A stretch of 63,566 nucleotides of DNA, counting the filler, from Reclinomonas americana ATCC 50394 (taxonomy: Eukaryota): the NCBI GenBank assembly GCA_048213135.1. It is 26 parts of 26 records of this genome, joined end to end, with 100 filler letters (N's around TTAATTAATTAA, not from the genome) between each part and the next. Parts side by side here need not be neighbours in the genome. Positions count along the whole stretch, not along the records: positions 26,596 to 32,608 come from AFZH01022190.1; positions 32,709 to 33,777 come from AFZH01022191.1; positions 33,878 to 36,644 come from AFZH01022192.1; positions 36,745 to 39,180 come from AFZH01022193.1; positions 39,281 to 40,610 come from AFZH01022194.1; 21 more parts are not named here. The stretch is one strand, 5' to 3'. Numbering within the stretch: the first letter of the stretch is position 1; each line of letters opens with the position of its first letter. The position numbers were made by a program, and so were the translations under genes. Positions 30,003 to 40,710 of this stretch are shown one piece after another. The notes beneath the pieces are model-generated. The model was given only the letters and a program-made list of their open reading frames with translations, made no database searches and was not told the DNA's origin.

Positions 30003-32423
30003 ATGGCGCTGGCGCTGGCGCTTGGATCAGCGTGGTGGACGGCTGCGCCGGTCCGCGGGGAAGACGCTCCGGATCGCAGCCTGCACCTGGACGTTCTTCT
30101 CAACGGCCAGTCGATTGGGCTGATCGGCGCATTCCGGCAGAACCAGCGCGGCGAGATCCTGGCGGTCCGCAAGGAACTCGAGGAACTCGGGATCAAGGTT
30201 CCCGCGAGCTTCAAGGTCGAGGACGAGGTTGCGCTCGGCGCGATCCCGGGCGTGAGCTTCCATTACGACGAGCCCGCGCAACGCATCGACATCAAGCTGC
30301 CGCCTGACGGCCGCTTGCCCAAGACCTACGACATGCAGCCCGGCACCGCACCCGGACCGGCTCCGGAACGCAGCAGCGTCGGCGCGGTGCTCAACTACAC
30401 GCTGTTCGGAACCTCGGAAGACAAGCAGTTCCGCAGCTTCTGGCGCTATCCCACGCTGTCGGCCAGCCTCGATGCCCGGCTCTTCAGCCCGGTCGGCGTC
30501 TTCTCGCAGACCGGAATCCTCAGCGACCGGTCACTAACGGGCGGCGGGACGGACGCGCTTCGCCTCGAGACAAGCTGGACGTATTCGGATCCCGGCAGCC
30601 TGGTGAGCTACCGTGCCGGCGATCTGATCTCGAGCGGCCTCGCCTGGACCCGGCCGGTTCGCCTCGGCGGTTTGCAGGTCCAGCGCAATTTCGGGCTGCG
30701 CCCGGATCTGATCACGCTTCCGCTTCCTGGCGTCACCGGCTCGGCGGCGGTTCCTTCGACGGTCGATATCTTCGTCAACGGGACGAAGACGATCTCGCAG
30801 GATGTCGGCAGCGGGCCGTTCCGCATCACCAACATTCCGATTCTGACGGGTAACGGCAATGCCAGTGTCGTGGTTCGGGACGCCTCGGGCCGCCAGAGCG
30901 AGTCGAACTTGCCCTTCGTGGTGTCCAGCAATCTGCTGCGGCCCGGCCTCGTCGACTTCTCTGCGGAAATCGGCCTGCCGCGCCTGCAATACGGGCTGCG
31001 GTCGAGCATCTACGACGAGGGCATCGCGGGCTCGGCGAGCGGGCGCTACGGCATCACCGACACGATGACGGTCGTGGCACATGCCGAAGGAGCACGGGGG
31101 TTTGGCATGGGGAGCCTCGGTGGGGTCTTCGGGCTCGGTGGATATGGCGTGCTGACAGCCGCCGGCGCGGGGAGCTGGCGGGACGGGCAACTCGGCGGCC
31201 AATCCTATATTTCTTTCGAGACCCAGCTCTGGGGTGTCTCGCTGATGGCCGCATCCCAGAGGACCTTCGGAGCCTACAGGGACCTCGCCTCCATCAGCGG
31301 GGCTCCCTTCGCCAACGACTATGGCAACTACGTCGCCTCAACGACCTCGACGGCAGTGACCGGGACCAGCTGGGAGCGGCTGCTGCTGCCACCGCGCGCC
31401 CTCGACAGGGCTTCGGTCAGCCTGCCGGTACCGCTGCTGGGAGGCGCCATCAGCCTCGGCGTCGCCTATGTGAAGCCGGTGCTCGGCCGTGCCAACCGGA
31501 TCGTCAATGTTAGCTATACACGCCCGCTTTGGAGCGGAGGCTCGTTCTACGCGACCGCCTACACGGATTTGGCGGATCGCAGCTCCGCCGGCGTTTTTGC
31601 CGGGCTGTCATTTCCGTTCGGGACCAATATCACCTCGTCCGCCGGCGCCAATCGCGTCGGATCGAGCTGGTCCCTGGCTGCCGACCTCAACAAGCCCATC
31701 GATCAGGAGATCGGCAGCGTGGGCTGGCGCATACGTGACGCCGAGGGGCAGGATGGACAGAAGCGCCGCTCGGCTTCGATCGCCTATCGCGGAAGTGCCG
31801 GGTTGCTCGAGGCAGGCGTCGCACAAGCCGCGCCGGGGTTCTCGGGCACCGTGCAGCTCGACGGGGCGATCGTCATGGCCGGAGGCAGCATCTTCGCCGC
31901 CAATCGGATCGACGACGCCTTCGCCGTGGCGAAGGTCGGCGCGCCCGATGTGGATGTGCTCTTCGAGAACAGGGTGGTCGCCCGCACCAACGCATCCGGC
32001 AACGCGCTCGTCGCAGGCTTGCGATCGTACCAGCCGAACAAGATCTCGATCGATCCGCGCGGCCTCCCGATCGACGCCCTCTCGGAAACCACGGTCGAGG
32101 TGCGAGCGCCTTCCGATCGTGCCGGCGTGGTCGTCGACTTCGGCGTCAGGTCAACCAGAAACTCGGCGATCGTCATCCTCCAGGATGCGGCTGGCCAGCC
32201 GATCCGGGTGGGGGCGACCGGTTCCCTTCAGCCGGGACTCAAGGGCACCAGCGCGGCAGGACCGGAATTCGTCGTCGGCTATGACGGTCGTGCGTTCATC
32301 GAGAATCTCGCGGCCGACAACGAGGTCCTCGTCAAGCTGGAGACGGGGAGCTGCAAGGCTCGCTTCTCCTTTGTCCCGCATGCCGATAGGCAAGTCTCGA
32401 TAGGAGCGGTGCCATGCCGATAG
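30003..32423 (+). CDS. Outer-membrane fimbrial usher (CsuD-like); start approximate
   Basis: ~800 aa; GDLISSGLAWTRPVRLGGLQVQRNFGLRPDL, GSAAVPSTVDIFVNG, FVVGYDG. Confidence 0.93.
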   Translation: MALALALGSAWWTAAPVRGEDAPDRSLHLDVLLNGQSIGLIGAFRQNQRGEILAVRKELEELGIKVPASFKVEDEVALGAIPGVSFHYDEPAQRIDIKLPPDGRLPKTYDMQPGTAPGPAPERSSVGAVLNYTLFGTSEDKQFRSFWRYPTLSASLDARLFSPVGVFSQTGILSDRSLTGGGTDALRLETSWTYSDPGSLVSYRAGDLISSGLAWTRPVRLGGLQVQRNFGLRPDLITLPLPGVTGSAAVPSTVDIFVNGTKTISQDVGSGPFRITNIPILTGNGNASVVVRDASGRQSESNLPFVVSSNLLRPGLVDFSAEIGLPRLQYGLRSSIYDEGIAGSASGRYGITDTMTVVAHAEGARGFGMGSLGGVFGLGGYGVLTAAGAGSWRDGQLGGQSYISFETQLWGVSLMAASQRTFGAYRDLASISGAPFANDYGNYVASTTSTAVTGTSWERLLLPPRALDRASVSLPVPLLGGAISLGVAYVKPVLGRANRIVNVSYTRPLWSGGSFYATAYTDLADRSSAGVFAGLSFPFGTNITSSAGANRVGSSWSLAADLNKPIDQEIGSVGWRIRDAEGQDGQKRRSASIAYRGSAGLLEAGVAQAAPGFSGTVQLDGAIVMAGGSIFAANRIDDAFAVAKVGAPDVDVLFENRVVARTNASGNALVAGLRSYQPNKISIDPRGLPIDALSETTVEVRAPSDRAGVVVDFGVRSTRNSAIVILQDAAGQPIRVGATGSLQPGLKGTSAAGPEFVVGYDGRAFIENLAADNEVLVKLETGSCKARFSFVPHADRQVSIGAVPCR

Positions 32424-32608
32424 GCTCCCGCGTTCTGGCGCTCTGCCTGTGGGCCGTGCTGATCGCAGCCGGCAGTCTGCTGGCAAGCCCGCCGGCCGTT
32501 GCACAATCCTGCTCGCTGAGCATCACACCGCTGGCTTTCGGCGACGTCGATGTCACCGCCAATGCCCAGGTGAATGGAACGGCCACTGCGACGGTCTCAT
32601 GCACGGGG
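32414..32608 (+). CDS. Second SCPU-domain pilus subunit (CsuE-like), N-terminal fragment
   Basis: Signal peptide, then QSCSLSITPLAFGDVD...TVSC; overlaps the usher stop. Confidence 0.8.
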
Positions 32609-32814
32609 NNNNNNNNNNNNNNNNNNNNNNNNNNNNNNNNNNNNNNNNNNNNTTAATTAATTAANNNNNNNNNNNNNNNNNNNNNNNNNNNNNNNNNNNN
32701 NNNNNNNNGCACCGCGCTCGGCCTGACCTACTCGGCCGACATGGGCAGCACCCGATATGGATCAATTCCGACAATCACGGGCGGCAATCGACTGGGGCCG
32801 GCGCGAGGCGGATC

Positions 32815-33777
32815 TCAGATCGCAACGTGCGGCAGGGCCTTCATGCCTTCCAGATGCAGCCGCATCTTGATGTCCTGGTTGTGGTTGCCGAAGCCGCGGC
32901 CGAAAATGTTGACGCCGCCAGGCCGGCCCTCCTTCTCGTCGATGCCGATGCGCACCTTGATCGAATGGTGGCGATCGAGATCGAGATCCGTGGTCGCGAC
33001 GTCGCTGAGCCGGCGCTCGCCGAGATAGGTGCCGTCCGCCGTGATGCGCCAGGTCGTCAGGATGCCGTATTGGGAGCCCTCGAGCTTCCACCAATGCGGC
33101 GTATAGGTGCCGCGCCGGTCTCCGTAATCGCCCGGGCAGGTCCAGGTACCGATCTTGCGGCCATTGACCCAGAGGCTGATGTCGGACGGCCAGTCGGCAT
33201 TGGTGCCGGGCACCTCCGACGACATCTCCATCTCGAATTCGAGCGCGGTGATCGCCTGGTTCAGGACCTTGGCATTGTTCGGGAACTTGTATTCGACATA
33301 GCCGCGCCCGAACCAGATCAACCCTGCCTGGACCCGGCGCGGGTCGAGGAAGAGCTCGGGAACGTCGAGCACGCCGAGGATGCGTTCGGTCGAGCACAGC
33401 CCGCAGGGCGCCGAGACGTTCGAGCTGGTGTAGAGCCCGAGCGGCATCTCGACCTCGACGATGTTGCGCTCGCGGCTCGGGTCCTCTGGATCGAGATTGA
33501 CGACGATCTCGGCATAGCGCGCCGAGCAGACTTTCTGCTGGCCCTTGGCCGCCTTGCCGAGCGAGGTCGAGATCAGCTCGGCCTCCTCCAGCACCTGGAC
33601 ATTGGTCACGATCGTCGATTGCGGCAGGCCGAGCACCTCGGCGATCTGGTTGATGTTCTTCGGGCCGTGGCGATTGAGCAGCCGCAGGATGCGCAGCCTG
33701 ACCGGAGAGGCCAGGCCGCGCAGCACCTGATATTGCCGATCGGCGTTGACGACGAGGAAGCTGCGGTCGCCCCGGGC
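32815..33777 (-). CDS. ArsR-HTH regulator with long effector domain (sugar-utilisation type); start at or beyond the contig edge
   Basis: LASPVRLRILRLL...NINQIAEVLGLPQST; APCGLCS, WTCPGDYGDRRG, SQYG, GGVNIFGRGFGN. Confidence 0.85.
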   Translation of the reverse strand, partial: ARGDRSFLVVNADRQYQVLRGLASPVRLRILRLLNRHGPKNINQIAEVLGLPQSTIVTNVQVLEEAELISTSLGKAAKGQQKVCSARYAEIVVNLDPEDPSRERNIVEVEMPLGLYTSSNVSAPCGLCSTERILGVLDVPELFLDPRRVQAGLIWFGRGYVEYKFPNNAKVLNQAITALEFEMEMSSEVPGTNADWPSDISLWVNGRKIGTWTCPGDYGDRRGTYTPHWWKLEGSQYGILTTWRITADGTYLGERRLSDVATTDLDLDRHHSIKVRIGIDEKEGRPGGVNIFGRGFGNHNQDIKMRLHLEGMKALPHVAI

Positions 33778-33877
33778 NNNNNNNNNNNNNNNNNNNNNNN
33801 NNNNNNNNNNNNNNNNNNNNNTTAATTAATTAANNNNNNNNNNNNNNNNNNNNNNNNNNNNNNNNNNNNNNNNNNNN

Positions 33878-34637
33878 TCTCCGGCGTCTCGCCGTCCTCG
33901 ACCAGGCGGCCCGCATACATGATGCCGAGCCGGTCGGTCAGCGCAGCGTGCACACCCATGTCGTGCGTGATGAACAGGACGCTCGACCCCATCTCCTGCT
34001 GGATCGAGCGGATCATGCCGAGCACGTCCTTCTGCACGATCACGTCGAGCGCAGTCGTCGGCTCGTCGGCGATGACGAAGTCCGGCTTGCAGATCGTCGC
34101 CAGCGCGATGGTGACGCGCTGGCGCATGCCGCCGGAGAGCTCGTGCGGGTAGGCGGCGAGCACCGATGGATCGAGCTTGACGCGCTCCAGATGCGCGGCC
34201 GCCCTGGCGTCGAACTCGCCCTTGCTGCCGCCGAGATGGCGCCAGGCGAAGTCGCGGAAGCTGTGCCTGATCCGCCGCAGCGGGTTCAGCACGTTCATCG
34301 ACCCCTGCATGATGTAGGACAAATGCCGCCAGCGGATGCGGCGGACCACCTCCGGCGGCGCGCGCCCGATCGCATCCCACTCCGGCAGGAAGGAGAAGCG
34401 GGCCGAACCGCCGACCATCTCCAGCGGCGGCTTCAGCAGCCCGGCAATGGTCTTGACCAAGGTCGTCTTGCCGGAACTGGACTCGCCGGCGAGCCCGTAG
34501 ATCTCGTTGCGGCGGACGTCGAAGTCGACGCCGTCCACCGCCCTGACTTCGCGATTCACGCCGAAATAGCGGGTGCGGAAATGGGCTTGCAGATCGCGGA
34601 CCTGCAGCACCGGCGTCTGGTCGGCCGCCTTGCTCAT
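33878..34637 (-). CDS. Opp/Dpp-family ABC ATP-binding protein, partial
   Basis: GESSSGKT, YPHELSGGMRQR, IADEPTTALD, FITHD. Confidence 0.95.
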
Positions 34638-35497
34638 CGGCCGCCTCCCATCCGGGCTAGGCGGCTGCGCGGGTCGATGTACTCGTTCATCGATACGGCG
34701 AGCAGGAAAAGCCCGACGAAGGTCATCACCACCAGCGCGATCGGGAAGGCGATCCACCACCAGATGCCGGCGACCAGCGCGGTGTGCTGGTTGGCCCAGT
34801 AGATCATGCCGCCGATGGTCGGCGCGTTGATGTCGGTGAAGCCGAGCACGGCGAGGGTGACCTCGATGCCGATCGACCAGTTCATGTTGTTCATCGTGGT
34901 CGAGAACACGATCGGCAGCACATAGGGCAGGTGTTCGCGGGCCAGGATCTCGTGCGTCTTCATGCCGGAGAAGATGCTGGTCTGGGTGAATTCGCGCGTC
35001 TTCAGCGAGAGTGCGACCGAGCGGATCAGGCGGGCGTCATAGGCCCAGCCGAGGCAGGCCATGATCGTCGCCAGCAGTGGCGTCGACATCGTGTCGCGCA
35101 GCACGAAATAGAACAGGATCAGGATCGGGAAGAGCGGGATGATGATAAAGGTGTCGTTGATCGACATCAGCACCCGGTCGATCCAGCCGCCGCTATAGCC
35201 GGCGAGCAGGCCGACCACGAGCGCGATGATCCGCGACAGCACAGCCACCATGATGCCGAAGCTCAGCGTGTTGCGGATGGCGAAGGTCAGTTGCCAGAAG
35301 ACGTCCTGCCCGCGCGAGGTCGTGCCCAGCCAGTAGGCGGCGGAGGGCGGCACGTCCGGCGGCACAACATAGACGTCGCCGGGCGGATAGGGCGAAACGA
35401 AGGAAAGTCCCGCCATCACGACCACGATCGAGACGAGGACGAGCCCGATCCTGAACTCGAGATTGTAGCGGATAAGGTCGCGCAGGATCGCCAGCAT
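34634..35497 (-). CDS. Opp/Dpp-family ABC permease (OppC-like)
   Basis: YWLGTTSRGQDVF, ARLIRS...REF. Confidence 0.93.
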   Translation of the reverse strand: MLAILRDLIRYNLEFRIGLVLVSIVVVMAGLSFVSPYPPGDVYVVPPDVPPSAAYWLGTTSRGQDVFWQLTFAIRNTLSFGIMVAVLSRIIALVVGLLAGYSGGWIDRVLMSINDTFIIIPLFPILILFYFVLRDTMSTPLLATIMACLGWAYDARLIRSVALSLKTREFTQTSIFSGMKTHEILAREHLPYVLPIVFSTTMNNMNWSIGIEVTLAVLGFTDINAPTIGGMIYWANQHTALVAGIWWWIAFPIALVVMTFVGLFLLAVSMNEYIDPRSRLARMGGGR

Positions 35498-36501
35498 CAG
35501 CGCAGCTCCACGCGCGGGTCGATCAGCGGATAGAGCAGGTCGATGACGAGGACGCCGACCGAGACCGCGATGATCGAGACGGTGGTGACGCCAAGCACCA
35601 GCCCGTAGTCGCCGGCATAGACAGCATCGACCAGGAGCGTGCCGACGCCGGGATAGCCGAACACCTTCTCGGTGATCACCGCGCCGTTGAAGATGCCGCC
35701 GAGTGACATGGCGAGCCCGGTGACCTGGGGCGCCAGCGCGTTGCGCATGACGTAGGAGCCGAGCACACGGCGGCTGTCGAGCCCCGCGATCTCGGCATAG
35801 ACGACATAATCCTCGGTGACGATGTTCGAGACCAGCGAGCGCATGCCGAGGAACCAGCTGCCGAGCCCGATCAGGATGAGCGACAGTGCCGGCAGGATCG
35901 AATGCAGCAGGACGCTCGAGACGAACGGCCAGTTCCAGCCCTGCTGCAGATTCATCGCCGAGCCGCCGGTGATCGGCAGCACCGGCCAGAGGAAGCCGAA
36001 GACGATCAGCAGCAGCAGCGCGACGATGTAGTAGGGGATCGGATGGACGCCCATGGCGACCACGCCCATCAGCTTCAGCGTGCGGTTGCGCTGGTAGTAC
36101 CCGGCGAGGCCGCCGAGCAGATTGCCCAGTACCCAGGTGATCAGCGTCGAGACGATCAGCAGCCCGGCGGTCCAGGGCAACGCCCGGCCGATCAGGGCCG
36201 AGACGGGTGTCGGGAAGGCGGAAAGGGATGGCCCGAAATCGCCGCGCAGCACCCGGCTCCAGAAGGTGAAGTATTGCTCGCCCAGACTTCCCTTGAGCCC
36301 ATAGAGCTCCTGCAGCGAGGTGCGCATCGCCGCGATCGCCTCCGGGGCGGTGTTGCCGAAGGAGGTCACCGCCGAGATCGACTGCTCGACCGGATCGATC
36401 GGCGAAGCATGCGTGATCACGAAGGCCAGGTTGACGCCGATGAAGACCACCAGGGCGAACTGGACGAGGCGTTTGGCGAGATAGGCTGGGTAGGCGCTCA
36501 T
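35497..36501 (-). CDS. Opp/Dpp-family ABC permease (OppB-like)
   Basis: LRGDFGPS, EDYVVYA, RNALAP, ITEKVFGYPGVG. Confidence 0.93.
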   Translation of the reverse strand: MSAYPAYLAKRLVQFALVVFIGVNLAFVITHASPIDPVEQSISAVTSFGNTAPEAIAAMRTSLQELYGLKGSLGEQYFTFWSRVLRGDFGPSLSAFPTPVSALIGRALPWTAGLLIVSTLITWVLGNLLGGLAGYYQRNRTLKLMGVVAMGVHPIPYYIVALLLLIVFGFLWPVLPITGGSAMNLQQGWNWPFVSSVLLHSILPALSLILIGLGSWFLGMRSLVSNIVTEDYVVYAEIAGLDSRRVLGSYVMRNALAPQVTGLAMSLGGIFNGAVITEKVFGYPGVGTLLVDAVYAGDYGLVLGVTTVSIIAVSVGVLVIDLLYPLIDPRVELR

Positions 36502-36744
36502 GCGATCCCGAAAGCTGCGCCTTGCCGAAGGCGGCGCGGCGCCGCCGGCTGGCGTTTGTCCTGGGCGGGAGGCGAGCTGCCGCTCGGAGCGGCGGCTCCG
36601 TTCAGTTCGCTGGCTTCAGGCGCACGAACATGTAGCGGGAATTGNNNNNNNNNNNNNNNNNNNNNNNNNNNNNNNNNNNNNNNNNNNNTTAATTAATTAA
36701 NNNNNNNNNNNNNNNNNNNNNNNNNNNNNNNNNNNNNNNNNNNN

Positions 36745-38452
36745 CCTTGGGATCGTCGAAGCCGATCTTGCGGATGTTCTCGATGATCTTGTCGAGCTCG
36801 GGATGCGACCAGCGCTGCCAGTTGCGCAAGGGCTGCGGCTGGCCGGGCTGGGCGACGAACTGCGAGTGCCAGCTGTCCATGAAATAGGACAGGTCCTGGT
36901 GGCCGCCCCAGGTCTCGACGCTCCAGCCGATGAAGGCGTCGAAATCGCCGGCAGCGCGCCGCGTCAGCAGCGTGCCTTGCGCCACGTCGATGCGCGCATC
37001 GATGCCGGCCTGCTTCCATTGCTGCACGATCATCGTGCCGGCGCGGGTCATCACCGGGCGCAGGTCGCCCTCGACCATCAGGCGCACCACGAAAGGCTTG
37101 CCGTCCGGCGTCAGCCACTGGTTGCCCTGCTTGCGGAAGCCGGCGCGCGTCAGCAGTTCGCCCGCCGCCGCGACATTGGGCTTCCACCAGCCCAGGCCGA
37201 AGGAGTTGGCGATCACCGCCGGGTCGGACGGGATCTGGTCGCCCATGGACGGTCGCAGCATGTCGGCGATCTGCTTGCCGACCGTGGGGTCGTAGGGCTT
37301 GATCTTGCTCTTGCCGGTGTCGATCTCGAAATCCTTGAGCCAGGCCTCCATCGGCTTGTGATAGGCCTCGGGATGGACGCCGGTCGGCGGCACGGCGATC
37401 GCCGAGATGGTGGCGGCGCCGCGATAGGCCGCCATCGTCACCGCCTTGACGTCGATCAGCAGCGCCAGCGCCCAGCGCACGTCGCGGTTCTTCAGATGCT
37501 CGTTCTGGGTGTTGAAGATCACCGCCGGCAGGGTCGGATCGGGATGGCCGTAGGGGAAGCCCTTGAACCAGGCGCGCGTGCCCTTGTCCTGCTTCGCCAG
37601 GGTGAACATGCCCTCCGGCGCGATGTCGTGGATCACGTCGAGCTCATGGTTGAGCTGGGCGATGACGCGCTTGTCCGGTGGGCCGGGGTCGATATAGGCG
37701 AGGTATTTCGGCCCCGGCTTGCCATGGCGGCCGAGCGAGGTGCGCTGCCAGTCGTCGCGCAGCTGCCAGATGTACCATTTCCCGTCGGGATCGAAGGAGT
37801 GCAGCGTATAGGCGCCGAGCGAGACCGGTTTGTTGAAGTCGAACTTGGCGGGATCATCGACCTTCTCGAAGACATGCTTCGGCAGGATCCAGATGGCGCC
37901 CCAGCGCACGGTGAAATTGGTGTGGAAGCGCGAATTCGGCTTCTTGAGCTTGAAGATCACCGTCTCGGCATCGGGCGTCTCGACCGAGGCGACATTGTTG
38001 GCCAGCACCGCCGAGAAGCGCATGCCGGTATTCTTGACCTGGATGTCGACCGTCGCCTTGACGTCGGCGGAGGTGAACTCGACGCCATCGCTCCAGAACA
38101 GGCCGCGCCGGAGCTTGACCTGCATCTCGGTGAAGTCGGCATTGTAGACCGGCTTGTCGGCGGCGAGCGAGTTGTCCCAGGCGCCGTCGAGGCCTTTCTC
38201 CGGGTCGATGTACCAGAGCGTGTCGAGCGCCGCCTGCTGCAGGCCGTTGGATTGGCTGCCGGCATTGATCGCCCAGATGTTGAACCAGCCGGCATTCTTG
38301 ATCGTGCCTTCCGGGTTCTCGAGGATCAGGAGTTCCTTGCGAGGAATATTCTGTGGGATGCCCTGTGCAGCCACGGGCGCCGGCGAGAACGCCGCCAAGG
38401 AGCCCAGCAGCGAAGCAGCAAGCAGCACTGCGCGCAGACGCGTCATCGTCAC
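36745..38452 (-). CDS. Family-5 ABC substrate-binding protein, 3'-truncated
   Basis: Signal peptide, LRRGLFWSDGVEFTSADV, DVRWALAL. Confidence 0.92.
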
Positions 38453-38536
38453 CTCCCGTCAAGACGGGGCGTTTTCCGCCCTTCATGACCGGAAGCTTAG
38501 GGTGCGCCAAAAACCGGAGCAACGACAGATGTGATC

Positions 38537-38557
38537 CATATCAGAACATTGGATATG
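38537..38557. promoter_or_regulatory. Inverted repeat CATATC-N9-GATATG upstream of the ABC binding-protein gene
   Basis: Seen directly in the AT-rich promoter; the cognate regulator is not established. Confidence 0.45.
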
Positions 38558-39017
38558 AACGATTTAAGTTTCTGAAATAATTACATAATTTGACCATTTC
38601 ACTGGTGCAGCCAAAACACGCTTCAATGGCGCGCATCTTCTATGTCATTGCAGAAAGCGCCAGAAATTGACCTTGCGTGCCACGCCGAAGCGGAACCGAA
38701 CGTTTGCAACTGAAGCAGCCACCGCATTCGATCCGCCAGATCGTGGCGGGCCTGCGCATAGTCATTCGTTCCCAGTGAGAGCCGCCCTGACCGACTGGGT
38801 GAGCAGACCTGAAGGTTTGGAGACGAGTTTGAAGATGGCAGCGTCCGCCTTCCCGGCGGGAGAGATGCGACGAGCGGGTCACGCGAAGCCTCGGAAACGA
38901 GAGGAAACGGTATGAGACATCCCTCTGAGATCTCTCATAATCCGCAGGCGCGAGGTGCTCTGAGAAGAGCGATCTATTTCAACGTCTTGAACGTGGTCGG
39001 AGGTCCAGGAAGGAAAG

Positions 39018-39094
39018 TGGTAGCGGGAGAGGGACTCGAACCCCCGACACGCGGATTATGATTCCGCTGCTCTAACCAGCTGAGCTACCCCGCC
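39018..39094 (-). tRNA. tRNA-Met(CAT), elongator type
   Basis: GGCGGGGTAGCTCAGCTGGTTAGAGCAGCGGAATCATAATCCGCGTGTCGGGGGTTCGAGTCCCTCTCCCGCTACCA: cloverleaf, CAT anticodon, encoded CCA, paired 1-72. Confidence 0.96.
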
Positions 39095-39280
39095 CCGATG
39101 GCGACGCGCCGAAGGACGGCGGTCAATCGCGACGGCGCGGATATAGGGGGCGGCAGGCGTCGGCGTCAAGCCTTGATGACNNNNNNNNNNNNNNNNNNNN
39201 NNNNNNNNNNNNNNNNNNNNNNNNTTAATTAATTAANNNNNNNNNNNNNNNNNNNNNNNNNNNNNNNNNNNNNNNNNNNN

Positions 39281-39961
39281 GCCCTGCAGGACGAGGCGCA
39301 ATTGCGCGGCTACACGGTGGTCGATGCCGCCACCGTGATCTCGACCCATCTCACCGAGGTGCTGAAGTCGCATATGCCGGAGCTGCTCTCGCATGGCGAG
39401 GTGCAGAAGCTGCTGCGCGAATTGCCCAAGGACCATGCCGATCTCGTCAAGGAGATCGTGCCGCAACAGATCTCGACCACCGGCATCCAGCGCGTGCTGC
39501 AGTTGCTGCTGTCCGAGCGCATCTCGATCCGCGACCTCGCCACCATCGTCGAGGGCATCGCCGAGGTCGCCGGCAGCGTCCGGAGCCCGCGCGACATCGC
39601 CGAGCATGTCCGCGTCCGCCTCGCCCGCCAGATCTGCGCGCAGTTCTCGAACCAGCACGGACAGCTGCCGATCATCACGCTGTCGCCGGCCTGGGAGAGC
39701 GTCTTCGCCGAATCGATCGTCGGCCAGGGCGAGGACCGGCACCTCGCCATGCAGCCCTCGCGGCTGCAGGATTTCGTCCATCAGGTGCGCGAGAAGTTCG
39801 AGGACGCGGCGCGGCTCGGCGAGATGCCGGCTCTGGTCACCTCCGGGATGGCGCGACCCTTCGTGCGCCAGATCATCGAGCGCTTCCGCCGCGAGACGCC
39901 GGTGCTGTCGCAGAGCGAGATCCACCCGCGGGCGAAGCTCCGGACGGTGGGGAGCGTGTGA
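39281..39961 (+). CDS. flhA: Flagellar export protein FlhA, C-terminal fragment
   Basis: RGYTVVDAATVISTHL, VLQLLLSERISIRDL, EHVRVRLARQI, VLSQSEI. Confidence 0.95.
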   Translation, partial: ALQDEAQLRGYTVVDAATVISTHLTEVLKSHMPELLSHGEVQKLLRELPKDHADLVKEIVPQQISTTGIQRVLQLLLSERISIRDLATIVEGIAEVAGSVRSPRDIAEHVRVRLARQICAQFSNQHGQLPIITLSPAWESVFAESIVGQGEDRHLAMQPSRLQDFVHQVREKFEDAARLGEMPALVTSGMARPFVRQIIERFRRETPVLSQSEIHPRAKLRTVGSV

Positions 39962-39989
39962 CGGTCAAATCGCGTTCGTAGGAACCGCA

Positions 39990-40095
39990 CCGTCTTTCCG
40001 GGGCTTCGCGTAGCGCCGACCTCGTCTGCCGAAACGGGCAGGAACGTCGGTTCTGGATTCCGGGCTCAGGCCTGTCGGCCTGCCCCGGAATGACG
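39990..40095. repeat. REP-like intergenic palindromic element between convergent genes
   Basis: ccgtctttccggg ... cccggaatgacgg terminal inverted repeat. Confidence 0.6.
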
Positions 40096-40103
40096 GCGTC
40101 GTA

Positions 40104-40610
40104 TTACCGCCTGCTTACGACCACGAGATAGCGCGCCGGCTCGGTGCCGGGATTGCTGAAGCGGCAATCGGCGGGCGGGCCGAGCTCCATGCAGTCGCCC
40201 GCTTCCAGCCGGGTGACGATGCCGCCCTCGTCGAAGTCGAGCACGCCCGACTGCATCCAGATCTGCTGGCGGATGAAAGCGTAGGAGCTGGCGGGGTAGG
40301 CGATCGCCGCGCCGGGCGGCAATTCGCCGGCGACCAGTTCGAGATCGCCATTGCCGGCCGGCGAGATGGCGCGGCGGACGAAGCCGGTCTCCGGGATCGC
40401 GCCAGAGCGGCTGATCCTTGGCGCGGCGGACGCGCTCGCCGGCATTCTCGATCCGCGCCAGCAGGTTCGACAGGGTGAGGCCGAAGGCCCCTGAGAGCCG
40501 GCCGAGCAGCACCGCGGTCGGGCTCGCCTCGCCGCGCTCGATCCGGCTGATCATGGCCCGCGAGACCCCGGAGCGTTCGGCGAGATCGTTCAGGCTCCAG
40601 CCGCGCGCCT
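40104..40610 (-). CDS. XRE-family HTH regulator with cupin domain, 5'-truncated, 1-bp frameshift near 40393
   Basis: SRAMISRIERGEASPTAVLLGRL, then WRDP/ETGFVRRAISP in another frame, RLEAGDC. Confidence 0.85.
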
Positions 40611-40710
40611 NNNNNNNNNNNNNNNNNNNNNNNNNNNNNNNNNNNNNNNNNNNNTTAATTAATTAANNNNNNNNNNNNNNNNNNNNNNNNNNNNNNNNNN
40701 NNNNNNNNNN

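Noticed and set aside
36803..38488. Long antisense ORFs (also 13316-14269, 15087-16352, 32827-33825, 57188-58126)
   Set aside because: Shadow frames of high-GC genes on the opposite strand, with no protein motifs.
40385..40400. Programmed frameshift in the XRE-cupin gene (likewise near 14175)
   Set aside because: No slippery heptamer seen; a single-base indel in a short contig is more simply an assembly error.
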